Assembly (NCBI GenBank): GCA_047495785.1
Contig: JBLDXI010000017.1
Location: 248,001-312,000 of the forward strand
DNA from: Lepidodermella squamata
Lineage: Eukaryota; Animalia; Gastrotricha
DNA length: 64,000 nt
Reading direction: 5' to 3'
Part shown: positions 11,614 through 24,289 of the stretch, one piece after another
How positions within the stretch are numbered: position 1 is the stretch's first letter
Layout of the letters: each line of letters starts with the position of its first letter
The notes under the pieces: model-generated
Told to the model about the DNA's origin: nothing
The model's input: the letters and a program-made list of their open reading frames with translations, nothing else
Databases searched by the model: none
Translations under genes and position numbers: made by a program

Positions 11614-12786
11614 ACTTGTCATTCTTGAACCTTGAACCACAGTTTTTCTCAGGCTTCACCTAAAATAGCTCAACATCGCAAATTATTGCTATTTCTAGTC
11701 ATCTCTTTCCGAAAATGTGCAAAATTGCGTCATTGTGAGTTTGATGAAAATGTGGAACAATAAAAACCCCTAATATCTTATTTCCACGGAATGATTGTTG
11801 AAATGATTTATGCAACCAGAGAGGTTAGCCGATTCCTTTTTTCGGCGCATCTCGGCGTTCCAAGTTTGAAGCCGCAAATTTGTCCTGTTGGAAAAAAATT
11901 ATTAGGAAAACGGCCGAGGGATGCTACAGTAAAGGTCGTCCGCAAATATCCGAATGGTCTGACAAGGCGGTATATTCGTTCCGCAGAACCTAAGAAATTG
12001 GAATAAGTATAATAACTATTATAGCCACTGTGACTATGAATGTTATTGAAGAAATGAAAAATATAATAAAAATATGTTTCCATAACAAAATTATATAGAA
12101 AAATGTCGCGTACCTACTTGCTCAGCAAAAGTCCTGAAATAGAAGCCCCTATAGAAGCTAATTTTAGCGAAACCAGATTCAATTGAAAGCGAAACCCTCT
12201 ATTCTGAATACTTTTTTCGGGATTTTTTCCAAAATTTTCGGGAATTTAAAAAAATCGCACAATATCTAAAAATGACAATTTCTAACGGTTTGTATTCAGT
12301 TTCAAATTTAAAAAATTCGGTTCCGCACCCAGGCAAATTTGGCCCCGCTAAAAAGATATTCTATTGAAAACACCTACGGAATACTTCATAAATGCCAAGC
12401 TGTCTACCTCCCATAATAATCGCAATCCTTAAACAAGATCATTACGCAGTATAATATGAAATTTTCTAATGAGCGCTTGCCATAGCCGTGAATGCAAAAA
12501 CGAAATTTTATCAAAGTGAACATCGGTAGAGCTAATAATCAGCCGTTTGCTTTAGACTGCGAAATGAGCAGGTGTAAAAAAATAACGACCGAGGTTTCCA
12601 GTCATGCTGTACCCAGGTGATAGATTAACGCGTCTCGCCATCGAACATGATAGAAATTGGCAATACGCATGATGGCTGGCGGAGTTGGTATAAAAAGACG
12701 GAGCCAGCTACGAAATTTCAACAAGCAAATTTAGCGGAATCTTCGTGCTTTTTTGGTATACAAGAATATCTCTTCGAACAAGCAAT

Positions 12787-13092
12787 ATGTCTGCCAAGAT
12801 GATGATTTTGGTTGTTGCCGCTGTCGCTGCACTGCTGCAAGTTTCCAATGCGCAGAGACCCTGTCCTTCTCCGGCGTGTACCGCCTACCAACCGGAATGC
12901 CAACCGGGCGCAACTCCTTACAACTGCTGTAGCTACGCTAATTACTTACTGTATTGATTGTCCACTGAATTTGAATAATAATATTAATACTTCGTTTTTT
13001 CTAGCGCTCTCAACTATTACAACCCGGCGTGCACGAAATGCGAGACTAATCTTATGAATCCCGGAAGCGCCACTTTCCCCTGCAACCCCTGA
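12787..13092 (+). CDS. Small secreted 8-Cys peptide (family member A); exons 12787-12950, 13005-13092
   Basis: Signal peptide, then QRPCPSPACTAYQPECQPGATPYNCCSYANYLL|ALNYYNPACTKCETNLMNPGSATFPCNP*; TATAAAA near 12688; AATAAA near 13193. Confidence 0.8.
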
Positions 13093-13790
13093 TTTCGAGA
13101 AAATTGCAACACCTTATCGATCACTTTAAACTTGTCAAACTTTTAATGCCAAATTATATGTGGGATATTTCAGTTTCATAGCTTTTCAGTAGAATAAAAT
13201 GATAAGCTTCATTGCATGAAATGGTCTGGTCTTGTTTACGTGCCCTGCAGAGAAGAGCTAATTAAATAAAATTCATTTGCGAATCGAGAACGCTGGGGAA
13301 TCATGCGATTCTGCAAAAAATAGAAAACGACACGAATTTAATGGTCTAGTCCCAAATCTACGAGGATGTTACAAACTTGTTCGAATTAAAGTTTACGAGC
13401 AATTGTTGACCAATGAAGTTGACCATTTTGCATGTAGCCCACTCAATTTCAAATTGATTTGCTTAGGCATGTTTTCGTAATCACAATCGCGCGAACGAAA
13501 TATACGCCAGACGCCAGAGGTAAATCTGCTAGTTTATTTCACTGACGATACCAGAAACTAAATTATTTTCGGATCAATGTTCATGAAAATGAAATATTTC
13601 CTACTAATATTATTATTTGGCGAAAATTCAGCGTCCGACAATTCACGCCCGCTTAAACTTCATTTCACCGAGAAGCTATGAAACTGAAATAGCCTAACAC
13701 ATATAATTTGACATTAAATGTTCAACGGGTTTAAAATGGTCTAAATAACAGGTTTAAAATAGTTTAAAGATGTTGTCATTTTCTCGAAAT

Positions 13791-14264
13791 TCAGGGCTTG
13801 CAGGGGAAGATGGCGGACGATGGTGTCATTTTATTGGACTCGCATCTCTTACACGAAGAGTTGTAATGAGCGAGAGCGCTATGAAAAAAACCGGTTAAAA
13901 TTTCAATTTCAATTCAGTTGACTTATCATTACCGCGTGTAATTTTCGTAGTTACAGCAATTGAAAGGTGTTACGCCCCGTTGGCATTCCGGTTGGTAGCC
14001 AGAACAGACCGCAGAAGGACAATAATTCGCGCATCCGAAGTTTGATGGGTAGTATTGATCAAGTGTGCAGCGCGGGCAGCAAGCCGCGTAATTTTTATGC
14101 ATGGTCCTGAAAAGAGGTATTTAAGAAATCTTCAGGAATGGATTGAACATTCTTTTCATTATGGCTACCATAAATAATCATCATAAGTGCAGCATCCGTT
14201 TCGGCAAGGTGGTACTCCATCGCGAGAGCAGTAGTTCACTGGACAGAGCTGCCCGTTCGGACAC
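13791..14264 (-). CDS. Two-domain Cys-rich paralog (family member B), 5' end not found, possibly a pseudogene; exons 14264-14169, 14106-13933, 13878-13791
   Basis: Spliced translation CPNGQLCPVNYCSRDGVPPCRNGCCTYDDYLW|TMHKNYAACCPRC...CPSAVCSGYQPECQRGVTPFNCCNYENYTR|ALAHYNSSCKRCESNKMTPSSAIFPCKP*; last domain collinear with member A; absent from the ORF track. Confidence 0.7.
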
Positions 14265-17200
14265 CTGTTGTTAATGAAAAACATGTATCATTGGGTTTGA
14301 TTTCACGCGCATCATCGACTAGAATTATTCACGGGTGAGCTTAGGCTTGAGACGTATCACTAGAGAGTATTAGTCTGTAGAGCTTAGGCACGGACGTGGT
14401 ACATTTTAGTCGTAATGAATGCGTAGATATGAATAATAATATCTATTAGTATTTGCTAATAAGGTGCCCAAAATTCAAATTTCCCGAATTTAGGTACAAT
14501 TTGATAACTTTTAAATAGTCTTAGAGCCTGCACACGAATTGTCACAATTCTTATACCTAATTGTCCACACTCGAAAAACTTTGCGGATTTGCCCGAAAAA
14601 AGGCCAAAATCTCAGTCCAAAATCTCAGACCCGAGGACAACTCAGCTCGTGAGAGTAATAAAAATGTATCAGATTCGAAGCTTAAGATGTTATCGGCCGA
14701 ACCTTCAATTCTTGCCAACATGTTAATTCTTGAGGCAAAAATGGCATTTTTCACTTACGATGCAACTTTACTCAGTTGCCCAAAAGCCAAATAAGGCGTC
14801 GCGCATGCAATAAGTAGCTTGATAGCCAAAGACGATGCCATGATAGCTTGAAAAATTTAGCGATTTGTATAACTCCATCGCATAACAGATATGTATTTAA
14901 CAGATAGACATGTCTGCCGTTTCATCCATACTTATATCCTTAGTATCCATTTTAATGTCTATGGTAAAATCCTCTGTTAAATCACCATCATAGCGCAGCT
15001 GGGTAGTTTAAACCTCCAATTCAGATTATAGCTTCTGGAAATTAACCAACCCGATAGATACTTCGTCGGGTAAAATTCTGAATTTTGAGGCAAATTAACT
15101 CGCCGAGATCGGTATATATTGAGCGAATCTAACATCGAATACGGGCGAAGTCGGATCTGATGAACAAAAGAGCAATTCGCAGGGGAAATTCCAAGTTTTC
15201 GTGAAATTAGAAAATCTATTCGTTAAAAGTGTCGAATTTTGTATTTCGGACATCTCACATTATCGGGAACTAAATCTATACGTAATATACCCCAAAACAA
15301 AATTCTTTTATCTGCTAAACAATTATACTTCGACCTGCAAATTTAATCGTCGTTTGACCATAAAGGGAAACAATTGTTTGGCCTATTTCAATGCAACTTT
15401 CTCAAGGAAAGTTATAAAATAAAATTGGTAAATTCAGGTACCAAATATGACGACGCCGATAGGAAGCCCTTCATTTGAGCTTAGTCTATTAGATTTTATT
15501 TCTTTCAAAAAACCGCGCCATTAAAGGCCTGTTATAGAAAGGTTTGTAAAGGTACAAAATAGGGGGAAAATGTTATCGACTAGCTGGCATATTGCCCGTT
15601 TTTTTTAATGAGCGATCTGATTTGAACGAGGATAATTCATCGGTCTCATGTTTTTACTCCCTATTTCGTCATTTAATTTCAATTATTTTTACTTCATCCG
15701 GAACCATTTGAAGCTATTGTTATACAAACTTGCCGAAAATTAAAGTGAGGTGATAAAACTAAGGAGAAAATGTTATCTTCATCATCAGATTTGAGACCAG
15801 CTTTTATGCCAGCAGTCATGCGCCCAAATAAATTCAACGCGATAAAAGCGGCAATTCCATATAGGTGCGGACAAATTTGTACCTCAAAACACAGCGCACC
15901 CACTTTACCGTTAACCTACCTGGAATCTCGCCATTAGAAATGTTGCGTTCCACCTGTTAAATTCCTATAGCTTAACGTCATCTTCATTTTCATGTGAACA
16001 TTTTGCCTAGATTCCACCCAGGCCAGGAGGGTGATTTAGAGTAATCGAATCTTCTGAATCTAAAAATCAATAATCGAATCTAATTCGGGAAAATAAAATC
16101 GATAGCCTAGTGCCTTGAGCGGCCGGTGATTTTTTTCTTTAATTTTCCCCGAATTTGGGAAAATAAAATAATATAGGCCTATGGGTGAAAGAAATGGTGG
16201 CAAAATTGTACCTTCATTTCGGCTATCTATCAGCCAGTCTCATTTACGCCTATTGTAAATCATTGATGGTTGGAATATTGAATATGGCAGCTCTAGGCGC
16301 CTATTTTTTTATTTTATAGCAAAATAAAGGGTGAACCAATCTATTATTTCATCATTGCGAGTCTTGTAGCCTACTCGGAAAGAGCCAGTGAAGGCAGAGT
16401 TCGATCATCTGCTTATCAACGTGACAAAGATGGCAATAAAATACATCCTTAAATCGAGGAAAAATCGATGACAAAATACGACAAATCTGGTTTCCTATAC
16501 CCTTTCATTATTCATTCGAATTTTTTCAATATTTGTATATTTTTCAGCTTATTTTTAGTGGCATAAGGCGCAGACACAGAATTCTAACTGAAATATCGAT
16601 AAGTTGGTTACTTGGAGTCCAAGGTTGCCGAGGTTCGAGAAAAAATTATCGCTGTTTCTAATTCGCTTCCATTCGATTGAAAATGTGTCGACAGATCGAA
16701 TCCTTTGAGTTCTTATATATACCACAAACTGTTTGTTGATCGAGCCATAGGCGATCTTCGCCTATTACCACCAGGAGATGATAAGGTGCTATTAGTAAAC
16801 AAAAAACGGCTCCTCTTATTCTTTTTGAATCCGAATCATATTCTTTCCGCTTTCCGATACAAATATTTCATCTGCCTTGTCGGTATGAAAAAAACTTAGG
16901 GATATGGCTCCATCCTTTAACTTTGGCCGGCCATTTTCCTAAAATTCGATCGTATAGTTTAGCCTCTAAATAAACAATTTTTTGTTTTCTGTGTATTAAG
17001 TGGCGTTTATAATCGGAGCTGCCAGTAATTTTTGACCACCTTAAACTCGGCAACCAATTTTTCTATTTTTTCGCATTTTATATTTCAATATTCCACGAAT
17101 AAGTTGAATGTGCAAGCAATAGATTTTACATAAAAGCCGCGATATAACTAGCCAGAGTTTATTCAGAAATAGAGGCCTGAACTTTAATAATGCCGAAATT

Positions 17201-17489
17201 CCGTTACCTGTTTTATCTGCATGGCAATTCTGCCATGTTTTTTTACTTATTTAAAATGCCGAAAAAATCGCGATCATGTGATTCCTCGGAGCATATAATC
17301 GCGGAAACCTGTAAATGATCAGATCACTTTTGATGAGAAAACGCGTTTTATTATTGTCGATCCGAGATAAGATAAATCAGGCTGAAATTTGAGCTGCCAT
17401 CAGTAACAACCATCGACTATTAGCATCGGATAGATTTGGTTTTAAACTGGATCAATAATACAGAACGGCGGTCGCGGCTGAGCGAGTGA

Positions 17490-18884
17490 CAGCGTGTCCC
17501 ATATAAGAAACGCAAGCAAAAAGGAAATACACGCTAAAAAGTTCAGAAACTCTAAAACGACGAGAGACAAAGTCATATCCAGAAATGGCCAGAAAAAAGT
17601 GGAGAAAAATTCAAAAAATCACGAGAATATTAATCATAATTCCGGAGAAATTTGATCCAACCGGGTAAAATACCGAAAATTACCGAACCAGTTAATATCG
17701 GGGTTTTACAGGTTTTCTCCGGTAATTTTTTTTCTTCAGTTAAATCGGTAGGTTCAATTACTATAATTTAAATGACAAAAATGACCTAAATGAATCAGTT
17801 TTATTTTTCGTCCTCCATAGGCATGTGAGGTTAATATTAGTAGAATAAGTAGAAAAAGTCTTACCCGTGAGGGTTTAGGAAACGGCTGACGACAGGCGAT
17901 CGGCTTCGAGGGCCGACAGATGGGTCGCGAACAACCTGCTTTTGCCCAAAAATTCCTAATTTTCGATGCTATTACATTCTCTAATTGCCACTCATCCAGA
18001 TCCAGATCCGCTAATTCTAGATCCGCAGTTTTGTGAATTTCAGTACGTCGCATTAACAGGGTCGACTTACGAAGTCTCCCGCGTCTAACTGGCTCATTCG
18101 GGTTTTTAATATGTTTCACATGAATTTCGAACAAACCAATTTTTAAGAAGACTCATTCGGTCCAGCGGGTTGGCGGTTTACCGCGAGGCAAGCGCCAACT
18201 CGGGTCGGCCGCTTTCCGATAATATATATATTTATAGCATTCGTGAGACTTTCCGCGTCATACTCATCTTGGGGAAAAATGTGACCGAAATATTTCAAAC
18301 GATTCTTATTTTACTTAATTCCAAAACGTCACAGATCAATCTAATATCGATGTTAGGTATAATATAATCTGTTCTGAAAAATCGCATAATGGTTCTAAAC
18401 CAGCGCATGAAAGTAACATTTAACCTTTGTTATTGCGTAGTAGTTAGGTTCCAGGTTTTACAGGCGTAGGTGACGGTAGGAATTACCACTTCCAATTTTG
18501 TGGCTATGTTTTCTGTTACACATCAACTTGTTAAGAGCACCATAACAGCTGCCAGCTTTTGCTATAGACGAGCTTTGATTTCCTCGTCATTTTACCATCT
18601 GATGTGATGATACTACCTGAATATTTAAAAGATGTAACTTTCTCCGATAATTTTCCATCTAGTTCCAGTTGATTGCCGTCATCCGCAAATGCTATCAGAT
18701 TCAAAAATGCTTACCAGGGATGTGAACTTATAATTAAAAAAAACATTTTAATTTAAAAAAATTAGTTCAATTTAAAAAATAGCTCAAATTTGAAAAATTA
18801 CTTTGTTTTAAAAAAAATTAGTTTAATTCCCTGCAAAAAGTTGCCGAACTAAAGAAATAGTTGGGCAACTTCTGTGACACGCTG
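17490..18884. mobile_element. Non-autonomous Tc1/mariner-like element (long copy)
   Basis: Termini CAGCGTGTC...GACACGCTG followed by TA; its first ~270 bp and last ~50 bp resemble the copy at 22258-22726. Confidence 0.55.
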
Positions 18885-20158
18885 TAGAAACCGCAAACCG
18901 CCTATCTTATACCCTGAATGACGGTATTTCGAGCTGATTTATGGGTATTTTTCAACAGACCGCCTCCGATTTTTAAAATGGACGCCTAAATTATACCAAC
19001 TTTAATGTGAAATTCAGTTCAAAACAAAGAGTCGATCTTTCGCTCCGTTTTAATAAAAACATCGAAGCGAAATGTGATATTTTTTGGCATATTTCTGACC
19101 TTCGCCTGTTATTATACGGCGCTCTCGGCGCGATTACATAGCATCATAGACTTGAAAATTTATGATGCAATATCGAAATAAGCGATTTTACGCCAATTAT
19201 TTCTGTTTCGAAGAAGGGCAGATCGAACAAGGCTCGAAGGCAGTGGGCTTGAATTTCAAACACTTTCCCAACAGAATATTATAGGGCGCAAGGCAGCGAA
19301 AGGCAGGGCTCCATAGGCAACCAGTACTGCTTAATAAAAATAGGCACAAAAGTTTTTAGGCAAAACGCGACGCTTAACAATAAGGCGAGGCTACAGTTTT
19401 GAGGCAATTATTTCAAGATGGTAATTCCAACTTTGTTGTGAGGTAGATGCCGAGGTAGCGTTCGCGGTTGACCTGAGGCAAAGGCTGGCCTTATAGTTCG
19501 AAACGTACTGGATGAGGCGAGTTGCCATATCTATACCCAAGACAATCACTTCAAAGCCGGGCTTGAGCGAATAAGCCGCCATTTGTTGCACCTCAATTCG
19601 ATTGAGCGCAGGCGATTTCTTAGCCTCGCGACGCTGGCTGCAATTGAGTAGCCGAAGGGAGTCGTCGGCAAAGGTGCCTTTTGCGACAGATATAGCGGCG
19701 AGGAACATTTTGGCCTTTGGCCATTTTTCATAAAAAGTAAAGGTGATAAAGGCAACCCCTGCTGATTCTTTTCAGCCGTTCAACAGCCGTTTAACCATGG
19801 CGCCAAAAAACCGAGTAATTTTGCAAAATGATGATCGAAATAACTATCGGCCGAGGGTTATCGCGTGTACCATTCGTGTGGCGCCGGGGTAAATTTCGAT
19901 GTAACTACCAAAAAAATCGACCCCCAGATTATTAGATTTCCTTAAAGGTCCCGGAATTCTAAGATCATTGGCCGATGTCCCGGATTTTTCCTGCTCATCC
20001 TTATTACGTAGTAATAATAAAAAAACACTTCAAGTATACGGCGGTTTCCGGCAAATCTTATTTTCTCCCCTATTAGTATACAGCACAGATATAATTTAGG
20101 ACTCACGTGAAGAAAGGCGCTACGCCATGGGCGCCAGATGGCCAGCTGATTCATCTTA

Positions 20159-20902
20159 GAGGTAAATTAAAAAAAAAATTCTATTAGTTTTTAGCTGGTT
20201 CCGAGACGGGGCCGATATTTTCGCGGGTTTGGTTGACGGATTCAGAAAGAGGAAATCACGAGGTTATTTTTTTGAAATTTAAAAAAAAATTCAACTGGTG
20301 TTATCGACGAAAAATGGTTTCACAATTACTAATAAAGTTAATTTTCGTGATCAATCTAGTTGAAATTGAAGCAGCTTTTTAATAGTCCATGCTCGATACT
20401 TGGAGCGAGCTTGGACGATCTTTTACTGATTTTCTAGGAATTTTCAAAATATCGCCAAGCGGAATGAGAATTTCTATCGAAACAAAAACCCAACTTATGA
20501 TATTTTTCCAGCTATGCCATGAGGGTGTGGCGCAACAAAAATTATAAAATGAAACCTCCAGTTTTTGCATTGCTGGAGGTTGAGATTTCTTGTCTAAAAT
20601 TCCTGGAAAATCAGTAAAAAATCGCCCAAGTATCGAAATGTGGACCACGATGCGGGCTACATGGACTATAAAAAACTGCTTAATTTCAACTTTATTATCG
20701 GTTTTAATTACCTTTATTTGAGGAGCGATATCTTTTATTTCTTTGCCTCAACTCGTTTATATGGATCTGAAAATATTGAAAAAATAACCAAAGTGTTCGT
20801 CGTGACGCCCTCTTTCTGAATCTATCGACCGATTTTGAGAAGAAATCATAATTAGCCTCGGAACCAGCTGAAAACAATGGAATATTTTGTTTACTTTACC
20901 TC
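20159..20902. mobile_element. Degraded foldback/MITE-like long inverted repeat
   Basis: GAGGTAAA...TAGCTGGTTCCGAG vs CTCGGAACCAGCTG...TTTACCTC, plus inner inverted blocks (TAGTCCATG/CATGGACTA, CGATACTTGG/CCAAGTATCG, TTTTACTGATTTTC/GAAAATCAGTAAAA). Confidence 0.6.
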
Positions 20903-22257
20903 CTTGAAACAGCAGAATGAATATATGCTTGATTCACTTTTTCACAACAATTTTTCGAACATGTCTCATCGCCATATACAAGCAAGTTTTGGCAATACTT
21001 GATCGTAGTCCACCATCAGGAAGAAGTGATGATAAATAAAACGACCCCGATTTTTAACCAGCGCAAAATTCGAGGCGAGATTCGAGGCGGCCACATAGGC
21101 GCAGATCTGTTTCGTTCATCATTCGAGATTACTCTGCCGAGGCGGAGGAACTTGTCAATAGCGCGGCCGAAGATGGTTGGAAAGGCGCGCGAATTTCGCC
21201 CAGTCGGTAGAGCTGTTTCTTCTGAGGGTAAAACGACACTACCTCGATGAAGACGACCCGGAGAAACGGACAGATTGCATTTTGAGCAAGAAGCTGTCTA
21301 AAAAACGCTGACAGACTATAACATACTTTTGCGCAATGCTTGTCCTATGCCACTTTGTTTAAAGTGCTTTATCAAGCACCAACTTGCTGTTTCACTTTTT
21401 TTGTTGTTAAAAAGACATTACCTGGCACTTTACTGAATTTTTTCTCTTGAAAAGCGTGTTTTTTTTTAAATAAGCCAAGTCACTGAAAATATACTTTGAA
21501 ACATGGCGCATCTCATGGTGGTTAAATGAAAAAATTGGCTTGCTTCGATAATCGATAATCGATAATCAGTGATTTGTCACACAGCAAATTAGTTTGAGGT
21601 GATTTTGATGGCAGATTTGAGATCCACAGGTGTGACTTAGCCCCGGGAAGCCACGTACAGATTTTTTAGAAGAACAGGTCTCGCACAAAAAAATCGCAAA
21701 AAAGCAACACTTCTGCTGCATACTCATTTATTTATGAGTATTTGGCGTCGAATTTTCTGCAAATAATCCGGGAATACTCACATATGAGTATATGGACGAT
21801 AGAGTGTTAATCGTGAGTATTCAGTCTCTTCATTTTTCGATATCCTATTATCTTATTCGTCTGATTTGGTAAAGTCAGACTTGTTCAAAGGTGATTTTTA
21901 CGGCCTGTTCGATTTTCTAGATAATACATTCTCAAACTGTCTCCAAGATTCCATTTCAGACCGATCAAATCCTAACATATAGAACCATAGGCTCTTCCTG
22001 GTTGAATTTATCAAGAAAATACCTCCAACTCGCTGCTATACCTATCGCAGAATTTATATTTATTTAGAGTTTCGAAAAGCCGATATTATCATTTATCGCG
22101 ATTTTTCGGTCTCGGCTGAAGCGATTTTTGTATGAGTTCAATGCTGAAAGAGTGAGCAAGCCATCTAAAGCTCGACCTCGCCACATTTACCACCAGAAAT
22201 TCCTAAAAATTTCGTAAAATATACTAGTGAGTAATTGTTCATTATTTGCTACACTTA

Positions 22258-22726
22258 CAGCGTGTCCGTAAGTAACACAAAAGGAAAGAAAATACAAGGA
22301 AAATGGTTCAGAAGCTCTAAAATGAGAGATTACCGTAAATTCCGAAATACAAGCCCAGGCGGCGCCCTTTATCGGCACTTTGATGTTCTTTGTAGTGCCG
22401 CCTGGGCTGGTATTTGAATATTTACGGTAAGTCATATTCTCATGGCCAGAAATTTGTTAGAAAACTTCAAAAAATCACCTCACTTGTCCCTTGTTAATGG
22501 GATTAAAAAATTCCGGAGAAATTTGGTAATAAATACCGAAAATTACCAAAATTTTTACCATCGGGGTTATACTGGTTTTCTCGGGTAAATTTTATATTTC
22601 TTCGGTTAAATCGCGGATAAAAGATAGAATTTTCTCTCGGTAGGTTCAATTAAAAAAAAATTGGTTGAATTTTCTACAAAACTTCGCCAAACTTAAAAAT
22701 AATTGCGCAACTTATAGGACACGCTG
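22258..22726. mobile_element. Non-autonomous Tc1/mariner-like MITE (short copy)
   Basis: TA|CAGCGTGTCC...GGACACGCTG; internal similarity to 17490-17760. Confidence 0.6.
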
Positions 22727-23171
22727 TTTATTAATTTTAAAATATTTTTCGGAAGAAGTTGGTACAAATTCACTGCCGCGTCGATATTACTTTTTCGAGC
22801 ATTCGAGCAAGAAAAGTAGATTTTTGTATAGTTGAGTCATATGACCTAAAAAAGCTGTGCGAAATAATGGCCGGATGTCGGCTTTGAACTAGACAAGTCC
22901 GCTCAAAATGTGTGCATGAAAATCCCGAAAATATGAAAAGCAGGATCAGAACAGCGCACGAGAAACACCGCCATCAACTACTACAACTAGCAGCACAGTC
23001 GAAGAGCTAAGTTGATATAAGTTGACATACGGCGCCTTTCCGAAAAATGCTGGACATCGTCAACGCAAGGATCAATCTGCCCGCGACATTTTTCCCGATG
23101 CCGTTCGCATATTTAAAAGGACCAGATGCTGAACGTGGGTATTATATAGGGCCTCGATTATAATGCCAATA

Positions 23172-24289
23172 CACCTTTTCCACTTGCATTTTACCACCGT
23201 ACAATTGCATTTTTCCGATCTATTTATAGCCTGTTTTTGTTCACGTGAATAACAGCTATGATTTATTGTCGTCTTCTCCGTCGTCGTATTCCACTTCTAT
23301 GGCAATGATAGTAATGAATGAATTTTATTGCTCTTAGCACTGATCACTGGCAAATTATCTGGCACGCGCCGAATTTTCTATATAACTATTCCATTCAGGG
23401 CGATTTTCTACTTTCATCTGTGCAACAATGAGTTACCTATTCTACAGTTAAATTGTATGCAGCAGGAGACGATACATTAATGCGCACTTACGGCATTTCC
23501 CTTAAAATTTCTTGAAATGCCTATTTCTACTAAATCCGCAGAAATGGGACTCTTAAAAATACAAGGAATAAGCGCTGACTTCATTGGTGTGTTTAATATT
23601 CTGGAATGTATAGCAAAGATTATTCCAAAATCAGGAGAGCCTATCATTAGAAATTATGCTACATTAAAAATATAACACAATGCACGAGAAACTGAATTCT
23701 CATTCTTATTCCGCCGTGAACAATCCCAGAATAAGATGAAAAATTTGAAAAATAATGTCGACTGATTAACTCAGCCTGCCGTATTTTTACTTCAAGGCTT
23801 ACACTCACCGCTGAATTTGGATATTTTGGGACACTTTTAATAGGATATTGGAATCAACTCAAGGTATTCAGAACCGCTTCAAAGTTTTGATTTTGCCGCT
23901 TCAAAATCAATTGAAATTTTCTAGACAACTTTTCTTCAAAAATATTGCAATTTTTGGGAGGTATATGTAGAAAATATTTTTATCAACATTTTCTCGGGCT
24001 TACAGCAGTCTGACCCCAATAAGTTAACTTAAAGGCTCTAAATAATGCAGCGAAATATCCTTGTCAGAGATGACTATTTGCAAAAAATTCGGCGCGTGCC
24101 TGATAATTTGCCAGTGATCAGTGCCAAGAGCAATAAAAGTCATTCATTACTATCATTGCCATAGAAGTGGAATACGACGACGAAAAAGACGCCAATAAAT
24201 CATAGCTGTTATTCACGTGAACAGAAACAAGCTATAAATAGATCGGAAAAATGCAATTGGACGGTGGTAAAGTGCAAGTGGAAAAGGTG
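23172..24289. mobile_element. Non-autonomous DNA transposon with ~205-bp TIRs and TA TSD
   Basis: 23172-~23377 is a near-identical reverse complement of ~24084-24289; flanked by TA on both sides; no internal ORF. Confidence 0.85.

Noticed and set aside
19391-19755. Overlapping short ORFs in the repeat-rich spacer
   Set aside because: No motifs, splice support or paralogs
21706-21810. Small imperfect inverted repeat with TACTCA/TGAGTA units
   Set aside because: Too degraded to define termini or a TSD
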